Source: Anaerolineae bacterium (GTDB taxonomy: Bacteria; Chloroflexota; Anaerolineae; Anaerolineales; UBA11657). Taken from it: a stretch of 57,244 nucleotides of DNA. This document shows, piece by piece, positions 17,294 to 25,748 of this stretch. Under the pieces are notes generated by a model, which was not told the origin of the DNA, did no database searches, and saw only the letters and a list, made by a program, of their open reading frames with translations. The stretch is taken from the NCBI GenBank assembly GCA_963578565.1, contig CAUZCX010000001.1:1-57244 (forward strand), given 5' to 3'. The translations under genes and the position numbers were made by a program. How positions within the stretch are numbered: the first letter of the stretch is position 1; each line of letters opens with the position of its first letter.

Positions 17294-18313
17294 TTATATC
17301 AATTTGAGCAGCTTCCGCCTAAGCTTCGGGTCATTAATAAATGCCGCCGTAATTCCCATATGTTGCACACGTTTTATTTCTTCTAGACTAAACTTAAAAT
17401 TATTTTGCAAGACCGTTAACTCCTGGGATACCCTAGTCCTAGAGGTGATGGGGTCATCATCTCCAACAGAGATGTAAATGCCTTGCTCGTAGAGCTTACG
17501 TATTGGATGGTTTTCAATGCCGTTGACAGTGTTAGTATGGACGTTGCTCGTCGGGCATAACTCGAGCAGAACACTCTGCTGACGAAGCATTGCAAGCACC
17601 GCTTCGGATTCCATGCTATTGACCCCATGTCCTATTCGCGAGGCTTTCAGTTTTTCAACAGCGTAGCGCACATTTTCTGCACCGTCTGCCTCGCCTGCGT
17701 GTACCGTGATCCCTAAACCGCCTTCTCGAGCCACTCTAAATGCTTCAGCGTGAATTTGGGCCGGGTAGCCGGCCTCATCGCCGGCTAAATCAAAACCTAC
17801 CACTCCGTCCTTTTGAAACTCCAGCGCAATATGTGCCAGTACCACATTAATCTTAGGGTCATGGTGTCTCAGAGCAGAGATAATCAAACGACATTCTATG
17901 TCATATTGTTGTTGGGCCTGATGCAGCCCCTGTAAAATGCTTGCGATCACATCTTCGACGGCGAAATCGGAGCTACTATGTGTAACTGGCCCAGCCCTCA
18001 ATTCAAGATAGATGACGCCATCTAGAGCAGCGTCCTCTGCGGCTTCATAAGATATCCGTTGTACCTCTTGTTTTCCCACAAACACCTGGTAACCGAATGC
18101 GATTTTTTTTAGGTAGTCGACCAAGTTTCGCTCATCACCGGTAACTTGCATTGCATCTGCTATAGCTTCGCTTGCGAGTTCCACGTCTAGACCGTGCAAT
18201 TTCGCTATCTCCCTGAAAGTACTGGGTCGTACTGATCCCTCCAGATGAGTGTGAATGTTGCATTTGGGCAACGCTTTCAAAATCGGGTCAGGCGATGGAG
18301 CAAAGAACCGCAT
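17294..18313 (-). CDS. add: Adenosine deaminase family protein (canonical motifs)
   Basis: NIHTHLEGS, VHAGE, RIGHGV and GDDDP motifs. Confidence 0.8.
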   Translation of the reverse strand: MRFFAPSPDPILKALPKCNIHTHLEGSVRPSTFREIAKLHGLDVELASEAIADAMQVTGDERNLVDYLKKIAFGYQVFVGKQEVQRISYEAAEDAALDGVIYLELRAGPVTHSSSDFAVEDVIASILQGLHQAQQQYDIECRLIISALRHHDPKINVVLAHIALEFQKDGVVGFDLAGDEAGYPAQIHAEAFRVAREGGLGITVHAGEADGAENVRYAVEKLKASRIGHGVNSMESEAVLAMLRQQSVLLELCPTSNVHTNTVNGIENHPIRKLYEQGIYISVGDDDPITSRTRVSQELTVLQNNFKFSLEEIKRVQHMGITAAFINDPKLRRKLLKLI

Positions 18314-18336
18314 GGCTGGAGACCGAATATCTTCTC

Positions 18337-19110
18337 CTATTGTCCGTCGTTCTCGTATCGGTAGATACCCTCAAGTGCTATAGAGATAGCGTCGTCCCAA
18401 GCTTTCGTGAGACGAGTATTCTCACTCTCATACTCCACATCAGCAGTGACTAAGTTTCCCGACACCCCACATATCATCGCAGCTTTTAGTCCTCGCATGT
18501 GAGCGATGGAGAATATTGCGGCGCTTTCCATTTCAACATTGAGCAATTTGTGCTTCGAGAGCATCTCGATCCATTCAGGCGTCTCACCATAGAAGGCGTC
18601 GTCACTGGCATTCAGACCAATGTGAAGCATGTAGTCACTTTTGTCGCATAATTCTCGCCCAGCTTCTATGAGTGCATGAGTGAGAAAATGGTCCGCCACT
18701 GCCGGAAAACCATCTGGGACATAGAACCTAGTGGTTCCTTCATTACGCATTGAGGCAGTATTGATAATTACATCACCGGTTTGAATCCCAGGCTGTAAAG
18801 CACCTGTGCTTCCAACCCGGACAAAGTGCGTGGCCCCGACATTTGCCAGCTCTTCGATAGCAATTGCTGCAGAAGGACATCCTATACCAGTCGATGTAGC
18901 ACTAATATTGATGCCTTTGTAAAGGCCAGAACATGTCCTGTACTCTCGATGAAACACAATCTGTTTAGCACTTTCAAGATGTCTCGCAATTCGAAGCACG
19001 CGGTCTGGATCGCCTGGAAGCAAGACATACTTCCCGACATCTCCCGGCTTCAGCCGAAGATGATACTGCATTTTGCCTTTAGTAGTATCGGCTTTGTTTA
19101 ACGTAGGCAT
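18337..19110 (-). CDS. Nucleoside phosphorylase, PNP/UDP family 1 (uridine-phosphorylase-like), paralog 3
   Basis: YVLLPGDPDRV, TSTGIGCPSAAIAIEEL, FVRVGSTG and VEMESAAIF motifs. Confidence 0.8.
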   Translation of the reverse strand: MPTLNKADTTKGKMQYHLRLKPGDVGKYVLLPGDPDRVLRIARHLESAKQIVFHREYRTCSGLYKGINISATSTGIGCPSAAIAIEELANVGATHFVRVGSTGALQPGIQTGDVIINTASMRNEGTTRFYVPDGFPAVADHFLTHALIEAGRELCDKSDYMLHIGLNASDDAFYGETPEWIEMLSKHKLLNVEMESAAIFSIAHMRGLKAAMICGVSGNLVTADVEYESENTRLTKAWDDAISIALEGIYRYENDGQ

Positions 19111-19545
19111 TTTCTTTTTGTTCCTCCTAATCTGAGATGCTAGATGGTAAGTTGCATCCGTTTGTCCATATTGCGTAATACAAGATTAGCGATTATGTTG
19201 AGCGACATGATATGCCTAACCAACAGTATTTTGTCATCAATTTCAAATGACCGCAACTATGTTTGATAGCCTAACCAATGATGATTTGTGAAATGAATTA
19301 GTCATATCGTCTGATATTTCCTATAGTTTGTTACTCGTCTAAGGTACCCTATATCAGCCGCGACGTTTTTTTAATAAAATTGTTTGTTTACCGGAGGAAT
19401 TTTTTATTAATGTAATTTGCTTCTAGTGTGGCAGTATCAAACCAGTCATTAAGACATTAGACTAGCCAAGGGCCATTCATACAATGTTTTATTTGGCGTT
19501 AGAATAGTTTTGACATCGAATTTGCTATCAAGGGGAAACCTCACA

Positions 19546-19962
19546 ATGAATTTACCAATTGTTTTGGCCTTGGGAGGCCTAGTGGGATTTGGCTTGTCCA
19601 GTTTTTTCTGGAAAATTTCTGGTCTCAGTAAAGTTTATCCGCCCAGTTTTATGGTGGTTGAGACCCTCTGTGTACTTCTAGTCGCGATAGCCGTGCACCT
19701 TGTTCAGAAACAGCCTTTTGCTCTGTCGCCAAGAATGGCAGGTGTGGCGTCACTGGCAGGTCTAAGTGCGGGTCTTGCAATTCTAGCAACCATGACCGCA
19801 TTCCGTCTGGGTGGGGAGGCAAGCATTGTTTCGCCCATCACAAGCCTTGGGTTTGTGGTAGCGGTTCTTCTAGCCTACTTTTTGCTTCGAGAGTCAATGA
19901 CTACGGCAAAATTAGTTGGTTTCGGCTTAGCTGTTGCCGCCATTGTTGTGCTGTCTCGTTGA
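19546..19962 (+). CDS. Small DMT-superfamily membrane protein (single EamA-like domain)
   Basis: About 5 TM helices in 138 aa and a C-terminal LLRESMTTAKLVGFGLAVAAIVVL block typical of EamA repeats. AGGGGA Shine-Dalgarno before ATG 19546; the track starts at TTG 19510. Confidence 0.6.
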   Translation: MNLPIVLALGGLVGFGLSSFFWKISGLSKVYPPSFMVVETLCVLLVAIAVHLVQKQPFALSPRMAGVASLAGLSAGLAILATMTAFRLGGEASIVSPITSLGFVVAVLLAYFLLRESMTTAKLVGFGLAVAAIVVLSR

Positions 19963-20380
19963 GCCATAAGTGGTTTCAGTGAGGAGTGATTCTTTGTACT
20001 AATATCTCTTCATCAATAGGCCCCTTTCGTCAAATTGCCGAGAATAATCATAACTTTTGTTACCCTCATTATTTTCTAGCTGTGTGTGATGTTAATCTCT
20101 AAACTATCTTGCCTCGTTTTGTTGTCGCATTATTCTGCCTAGCGGTCCAATTTTCCCTTAGAATATATGGGCAATGGGCAAAATAGTTTCATGCTGATGG
20201 TAGCAAGAAAGTTTCGCTAGGGGGGAACGCTATAACTGGCACTACACATCATAAGCCATTGATTGCGCGTCAGGTTTTGTCGTTTGCGTTATCCGTTTTC
20301 TTGCACGGTTAACGCTCTTCTGTTAATGGCAATGATTGAAAAGAGGCTTCGCAGAGAATTGGGGCGGTAGGCTGTACGAT

Positions 20381-21136
20381 TTATCCCTGGAGTACCGAGT
20401 CTGGCTGGCTGAGTATCGCCCAGGCAAATCGGGGCAGCGCCAACATGCGCCGCCAGCGCCAGGGCTGTAGGCAGAGGCGGTGCAGCCACTCCATCCCTAG
20501 ACCCTGCGCCCAAAGAGGCGCGCGCGGGGTCACGCCGGCCACAAAATTAAACGCTCCGCCCACCCCCATCATCAATGGTACGCACAATGCCTCGCGGTGA
20601 TGGTCGATCCATAGTTCCTGTGTCGGTGCTCCAAAGGCCACTAGAAGAATATCCGCCTGGGCAGCGCGTACAGAGTCCACAATTTGCGTTGCATCCTCCG
20701 GTCTCGGACTGCCCTCCATGGTCTCTATATCAGGCAGATCCGGATACTGTTGCTCCAGATGCGCAGCGGCGCGCGCGGCGACTCCAGGGGCTGCCCCAAG
20801 GAAAAACATGCGCCATCCGAGTGTGGCTGCGCGCGCTGCAAGCAGGCCGATCAGGGTGGAACCGGCCACGCGTTCGCGCAGCGGAGTACCGCGCCAGCGC
20901 GCGGCCCAGAGCATACCCTGACCGTCAGGCAGGCACAGGTCAGCGTTTTGGAGTACGCGGAGGAATTGGGCGTGCCTCTGTGCCGTCATCACGAATTCCG
21001 GGTTGACGGTACAGAGGTGGTGCGGTATGCCTGCGGCTATGGCACGTTCAACCCAAACCAGCGTCTCAGCGTAGGTGACGTCGTGTACCGGGACGGATAG
21101 GAATTGGCGACGTCCGGGAGTTGATAGGCGGATCAT
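20381..21136 (-). CDS. tagA: WecB/TagA/CpsF-family glycosyltransferase
   Basis: HHLCTVNPEFVM, LCLPDGQGMLWAARWRG, FFLGAAPGV and LLVAFGAPTQELWI blocks. I place the start at ATG 21136, overlapping the upstream TGA (ATGA). The long track N-terminus is Arg-rich and overlaps the GT4 gene. Confidence 0.8.
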   Translation of the reverse strand: MIRLSTPGRRQFLSVPVHDVTYAETLVWVERAIAAGIPHHLCTVNPEFVMTAQRHAQFLRVLQNADLCLPDGQGMLWAARWRGTPLRERVAGSTLIGLLAARAATLGWRMFFLGAAPGVAARAAAHLEQQYPDLPDIETMEGSPRPEDATQIVDSVRAAQADILLVAFGAPTQELWIDHHREALCVPLMMGVGGAFNFVAGVTPRAPLWAQGLGMEWLHRLCLQPWRWRRMLALPRFAWAILSQPDSVLQG

Positions 21137-22263
21137 AGCTGAAAAGTGCTCTCCAAAACCGTCAACGTTTTTTCGGCGGAGTGCTGCAATGGGAATTGGT
21201 GGCAGCGCTGCAGACCTTTTGCAATTAGTCTTTTCCGTAAATCGGTCTCCTCTAGCAAGCGGCGGATAGCAACTGCCAGCCCTGCGGCGTCCCTGGCTGG
21301 CACGGTTAGTGCGGCATCGCCTACCACCTCGGGCAGAGAGCCTGCTAGGCTGCAAATTACTGGTGTCCCCGCAGCCATGCTCTCCAGTGGAGTGAACCCG
21401 AAGCCCTCATAGAGCGAGGGCAGCAGCAGCATGCTCGCCTGCCGGTAGAGTGCCCGCAGGTGTTCATGCGGGACGTAATCGAGGAAACGTACGCGCTTTT
21501 TCAATCTGAGTGCTTCAACTTGGCGCATAATCGGTCCGTACATCCACCCGGGGCGTCCGGCACATACGAGCGTAGGCCGGGCGGGATGGTCGCGCAGCGC
21601 GGACAGAGCCTCGAGTAAGAAAGATAATCCCTTGCGGGGCTGTATGGTGCCAACGTGCAGCAGGTAGGTTTCAGGTAGATCCAGAAGCGCAGGTGTGACC
21701 GGGGCCGCCGCGAAAGGCGCGGGGTCGAAACCTGGATAGACTACGGTGATGCGCTTCGGGTCAGTGTGATAATAGTTGATCAAATCGTTCCGTGTGGCCT
21801 CGGAATCGGCGATAATATGCGTGGCATTGCGCGCGCTGTGGCGGGTGGACCAGTGCAGGTACGCGCGTTGTCGGCGCGGGTGCATGCTGGGGAAATGTAG
21901 GTAACCCAGATCGTGCACTGTGACCACAGTGGGCGCGGGGCAGAACAGGGGGAGCGTGTGAGCTGGAACAAAAAGGCCGGCGGGAGTGCGCAGAGCCAGC
22001 TCAGCACCAAGCCGTACATGCGTCCAAAGGCGCGGAAAGGGGATGATGCGCTGCTCTATGCGGGCTGATGCTGGAAACAGCCCGGGCGGGGGCTCATCGC
22101 GGAAATACAGCCGCCAGCAGTGGCGCGCGGGCAGCTGCAGCAATGCGCGGATTAGTTGAAGCGAGTATGTTTCAGTACCGGTGCGCTGCTTGGCTGTACT
22201 GCGGCTGGCATCTATGCCGAACACGGCTGTTGGGGTCCCGCGCGGGGAGTCGCCCGCGTTCAC
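21133..22263 (-). CDS. Glycosyltransferase family 4 (GT-B, Glycos_transf_1)
   Basis: C-terminal LLLPSLYEGFGFTPLESMAAGTPVI motif (E-x7-E type). The proposed GTG start at 22263 overlaps the upstream TGA (GTGA), checked on the sequence. Confidence 0.75.
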   Translation of the reverse strand: MNAGDSPRGTPTAVFGIDASRSTAKQRTGTETYSLQLIRALLQLPARHCWRLYFRDEPPPGLFPASARIEQRIIPFPRLWTHVRLGAELALRTPAGLFVPAHTLPLFCPAPTVVTVHDLGYLHFPSMHPRRQRAYLHWSTRHSARNATHIIADSEATRNDLINYYHTDPKRITVVYPGFDPAPFAAAPVTPALLDLPETYLLHVGTIQPRKGLSFLLEALSALRDHPARPTLVCAGRPGWMYGPIMRQVEALRLKKRVRFLDYVPHEHLRALYRQASMLLLPSLYEGFGFTPLESMAAGTPVICSLAGSLPEVVGDAALTVPARDAAGLAVAIRRLLEETDLRKRLIAKGLQRCHQFPLQHSAEKTLTVLESTFQL

Positions 22264-24218
22264 GGGATCGCGTCCTGTAGGTAAAAGAACGGGTGCCGGC
22301 GGATGGTCCATGCTTGTGCAGGAGTTATGATGAAATCTTGGACCACGCCGCTGCTCTGCCAGAACATGTAATTGTCGGCACCGGTCTGTGTGCACTCGGT
22401 GTCCTCCACCTTGCCGCTCGCGTCGGTATCGTAAACCTTGGCGGGGCAGTCGGGCGTGTCAGCAAACAGGTCGAAAACGATCCCGTCCGACTCCGTGGTG
22501 TGTGGCAGGCCGAGAAAGTGCGAACCCTCGTGTACTATTGTGGTGCCGAGCTCATTAAAATCGCCCTCGTGCGCCTCCCACGCAATTATGCCGCATGAGT
22601 TCAGCGAACCCGGCGCAAACGCGCTACCGGGAAGGGGCGCCATGCCGAACACTGGCTCCGCTTCGCCGTTGTCCTCCGTGAATATCCGATACTCATCCAC
22701 CAGCGCCATGTTCCAGGCACGCTTACTGCCGACCTTGAGCGCCATGGTCTGACAGATTGTAGCCAGAGCATTTTCATCGCTTCGCGCTAAGCGTACTTTT
22801 TCGTCTTGGCTAGCCTCGAAGAAACGTATTTTTCCCAGCCGCATCTCTTGCTGGTTGAGAATGCGGTCGATGGCAGCGCGGATATCTGCTTGCAACCTGG
22901 CGCGCTGCTCAGGCTGATTAACCTCCGGCGCCTCGCTGAGTACCCACAAATTCAGATCAATTGCCTGCATACCTAGCGCCGAGCCGGTGCGGATGACGGC
23001 GGCCGCATCACATATGGGTTGACCGCCGGCGGTGTAAAGCTCGATTTTATACTCGCCGGATCGGAGAGGGTGTTGTGGCACGGGCGGCAAATAAAACGTC
23101 AACTCGCCTTCGCTCTGCAGCGGCTGCGAGAAATACGCGCTGCTGAAATCGGCGCTGCTCAGATCATTCAAATGGTAGAGAATCTCACCGTCAGGCGCGG
23201 TTATAGATTCAACAACCACAATATCATCATGGGCGGCCGTCTGGGCCGAGAACAGTAACGAGATATCCTCGTCATTCACTGGCACGCGCGCTACCGCGTC
23301 GGCGCCCAGGGGACCAAAGTTCAACATACGGATATCAGTACCGGTGTATGCGCTAACTGTACTTGGCGGTATGAGCTGGCAATTGGCCGATGGCGGCAGG
23401 CTGCGAAGTATATAATCGGTCACTTGCAGACTGTTGAAGGTCACACTGTCGGGGTGCTCCACCGTCCAGGCGACTAGGCCAATCCCGCCTCCGGTGAGCA
23501 TTTCGTCCTCCATAGTCGTGAGAAGCGAATCGTTGGCGAAGACCTGGAAGCGGTTGGACTCTACGTCCACGCGAATTCGCTCTGTCAGGAAAAGGCCATC
23601 GGAAAGTTGCGGTGCCCAGGAACCATGCAGTAACTCCAAATCGCCAGCGATAATTTTGAAGACCATGTAATTGGCTTGGCCGTCCAGAACATAAAGGTAG
23701 TAATTTTGCTTATCCTGTACTCGAAACGCCAGGCCTAGCAATGTATCAGCATGATTGCCGAAGGTTATTTCCGCGCTTATAGAAAGATCTGCGGGGAATG
23801 GAAATGCATAGGCGCTCAATTGCAGGAATTCCGGATCGTGGATCTGTATACGGAATCCAAGCGGGCCGTAATTAGTGGTCAGGTTGGTAAACGTCTCCTG
23901 TAGCAGGCCACTGGCCCGGTCGCTGAAGTCTTCCACAAATGGCAGCGCCTGCAGCGCTATCGTTGTTGCCGTGGGTGTGATTGTCGGGGTGGGTGTGTAC
24001 GTGGGAGTGGTGGTGTGAGTGGGTGTTTGGGTCCGTGTGGGTGTGATTGTCGGGATGGGCGTGTACGTGGGAGTGGTGGTGTGAGTGGGTGTCGGCGTGC
24101 GCGAGTCTGTCGGTGTTGTGGTGGGACGCAGGCTTGGGACTAGATCGCACCCGGAGATACCTGCGGTCAGGATGTACAGCACCGCAAACGCGGTCGAGGG
24201 CTGTTTTCGGGATTCCAT
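22260..24218 (-). CDS. Lipoprotein zinc metalloprotease, metzincin (M43 pappalysin/ulilysin-like), with a Thr/Pro-rich repeat linker and a lectin/DUF1080-like middle domain
   Basis: Lipobox LTAGISGC after a signal peptide. Two 22-aa TP-rich repeats. FRVQDKQNYYLYVLDG resembles concanavalin-like/DUF1080 domains. HEGSHFLGLPH is HExxHxxGxxH, followed by DTPDC and NYMFW. Confidence 0.75.
   Translation of the reverse strand: MESRKQPSTAFAVLYILTAGISGCDLVPSLRPTTTPTDSRTPTPTHTTTPTYTPIPTITPTRTQTPTHTTTPTYTPTPTITPTATTIALQALPFVEDFSDRASGLLQETFTNLTTNYGPLGFRIQIHDPEFLQLSAYAFPFPADLSISAEITFGNHADTLLGLAFRVQDKQNYYLYVLDGQANYMVFKIIAGDLELLHGSWAPQLSDGLFLTERIRVDVESNRFQVFANDSLLTTMEDEMLTGGGIGLVAWTVEHPDSVTFNSLQVTDYILRSLPPSANCQLIPPSTVSAYTGTDIRMLNFGPLGADAVARVPVNDEDISLLFSAQTAAHDDIVVVESITAPDGEILYHLNDLSSADFSSAYFSQPLQSEGELTFYLPPVPQHPLRSGEYKIELYTAGGQPICDAAAVIRTGSALGMQAIDLNLWVLSEAPEVNQPEQRARLQADIRAAIDRILNQQEMRLGKIRFFEASQDEKVRLARSDENALATICQTMALKVGSKRAWNMALVDEYRIFTEDNGEAEPVFGMAPLPGSAFAPGSLNSCGIIAWEAHEGDFNELGTTIVHEGSHFLGLPHTTESDGIVFDLFADTPDCPAKVYDTDASGKVEDTECTQTGADNYMFWQSSGVVQDFIITPAQAWTIRRHPFFYLQDAIP
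23971..24102 (-). repeat. Tandem 66-nt coding repeat (2 copies) encoding TPTHTTTPTYTP(I/T)PTITPT...
   Basis: Copies at 23971-24036 and 24037-24102. The first 56 nt of each copy differ at 2 positions by direct comparison. Confidence 0.85.
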
Positions 24219-24231
24219 GGTGTCCGATTGG

Positions 24232-24885
24232 CTAGCCAGCTGCCTTTAGGGCCACGCGCAGCTGCGCTGCTGTCACTGGCCCATCGCGCAGCACTGTGGG
24301 CGGGTATATGCTGCAGTCCGCGATCGTGGAAGGCCTTCCGCCTGGAGCTGGTCCGCCGTCGATTATCAATTCAATATGGTATCCGAGCGCGGCGCGCACC
24401 GGGCCGGCAGAGAGCTTAGGGGGTTTGCCAGATCGGTTTGCGCTGCTGACAGCCAGCGGGCCTACTGTTTGCAACAGCGCCAGTAGCCACTCATGAGCGG
24501 GCATGCGCACAGCCACGGTGGTACCGGGCGCAACGACTGCGGGTACTTTTTCGTGGCGCTTTAGTATCAATGTGAGTGCGCCCGGCCAGAAGGCCTCCGC
24601 AAGTGCCCGCGCAGTCGGTGGGAAGTCTGCGGCAATCCCCTCGGCATCGGATAGAGCGCCGATGAGTAATGGAATCGCTTTTTCCGGTGGGCGCCCTTTG
24701 ACCGCGTAAAGGCGGCGTACCGCTGGGAGGTCGTCGTATTTTGCAGCGAGGCCATATACAGTGTCGGTCGGGCAAGCCACCAGGCAGCCTCGTTTCAGAG
24801 CCGAGGCAGCCTGCGGAATTGAGTTTTCATCGGAGGCTGATAGCGTCTGTGCGTCATCGTGCCTGCACGGTTCTAGCGACCTCAC
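24232..24885 (-). CDS. tsaC: L-threonylcarbamoyladenylate synthase (Sua5/YrdC/YwlC family)
   Basis: GCLVACPTDTVYGLAA, AVKGRPPEKAIPLLI and SSANRSG motifs. The proposed GTG start at 24885 overlaps the prmC TGA (GTGA). Confidence 0.75.
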   Translation of the reverse strand: MRSLEPCRHDDAQTLSASDENSIPQAASALKRGCLVACPTDTVYGLAAKYDDLPAVRRLYAVKGRPPEKAIPLLIGALSDAEGIAADFPPTARALAEAFWPGALTLILKRHEKVPAVVAPGTTVAVRMPAHEWLLALLQTVGPLAVSSANRSGKPPKLSAGPVRAALGYHIELIIDGGPAPGGRPSTIADCSIYPPTVLRDGPVTAAQLRVALKAAG

Positions 24886-25730
24886 GCGGAATTGACCCGG
24901 AGCACTCGTGCTCGTCCAGATATATCGGGCAGGACGCAGCACTTCGCCCATGGGAGTCTGGCGTGCGACAGCTTCAGTACCGCACTGCGATGCCCGGCGC
25001 CGATTTCGAGCAGTAGGCTGCCTCCGGGACCCAGGTGGCGGCGCACGCTTGAAAGCAATCGGTCGATGACGCGCAGGCCGTCATGGCCGCCATCCAGCGC
25101 CAACCGGGGTTCGTGCTGTGCCACGGCAAGGGTGTCCAACTCCTTGGTACTGATGTAGGGCAGATTGGCGCAGATGAGATCGAATCTGCCTAAGCCCGCG
25201 AGCAGGTCAGACTGGACACAATGGACGCGAGAGCTCACATCGTGGTGATGGGCATTTTCGCGCGTCAGATACAGCGCCGATCGTGAAATATCGCTGGCGG
25301 TAATGCGCGCGAGGGGTAGGCGGAGCGCCAACGTGACCGCGATGATTCCGCAGCCGGCGCCGACATCCGCGATGGTGAAACCGCTGCTCGTGACGCACCT
25401 CTGGCTAATGCCAATTGCCTCTTCCACCATCAGTTCCGTTTCCGGGCGCGGAATAAGCGCGCGTGCGTCTACGCTGAAATCCAGTCCGAAAAATTCCCAG
25501 CGCCCGAGCAGGTAAGGTAGCGGCCGGCCCGCTTCGCGGTGTTTCAGGTGCTCGCTGTAGTGCTCGTACTGCGCGCCATTCAGTGGCGTTTCAGGGTGTG
25601 CGTGCAGCCAGCTGCGTGACACGTGCAGCGAATGCGCGAGCAGCAGTTCGGCCTCTAGTCGTGAGTTCTCGGTGGGCAACTGACGCACTCCGTGGCGGAG
25701 TGCAGTGCGGATTGTGGCGGGGGTGCTCAC
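24882..25730 (-). CDS. prmC: Release-factor glutamine N5-methyltransferase
   Basis: IADVGAGCGIIAV motif I and position directly after prfA. The catalytic tetrapeptide reads NLPY instead of NPPY. GTG start verified. Confidence 0.85.
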   Translation of the reverse strand: MSTPATIRTALRHGVRQLPTENSRLEAELLLAHSLHVSRSWLHAHPETPLNGAQYEHYSEHLKHREAGRPLPYLLGRWEFFGLDFSVDARALIPRPETELMVEEAIGISQRCVTSSGFTIADVGAGCGIIAVTLALRLPLARITASDISRSALYLTRENAHHHDVSSRVHCVQSDLLAGLGRFDLICANLPYISTKELDTLAVAQHEPRLALDGGHDGLRVIDRLLSSVRRHLGPGGSLLLEIGAGHRSAVLKLSHARLPWAKCCVLPDISGRARVLRVNSA

Positions 25731-25748
25731 GGGCGAACTGTACCGGGA

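Noticed and set aside
19371-19410. 9-bp inverted repeat TTAATAAAA / TTTTATTAA in the udp-paralog-3 / eamA intergenic region.
   Set aside because: It is composed only of A/T in a very AT-rich stretch, so chance occurrence is likely. I found no second copy elsewhere in the island.
19963-20380. Search for a tRNA/tmRNA gene, att-like direct repeats or an integrase at the compositional boundary.
   Set aside because: I saw no T-arm (GGTTCGAATCC-like) or cloverleaf, no ORF of 60 aa or more with recombinase features, and no repeat of the boundary sequence at the left window edge. A classical integrative island cannot be supported.
20381-21355. Long N-terminal extensions in the ORF track: tagA to 21355, GT4 to 22395, tsaC to 24951, uvrC to 32505, serS to 52776, GH2 from 38290, GT39 from 35081.
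   Set aside because: The extensions overlap the preceding gene or a divergent gene and are Arg/Pro-rich. In each case an internal ATG or GTG gives a 4-nt stop/start overlap or a proper Shine-Dalgarno spacing and a family-typical N-terminus.
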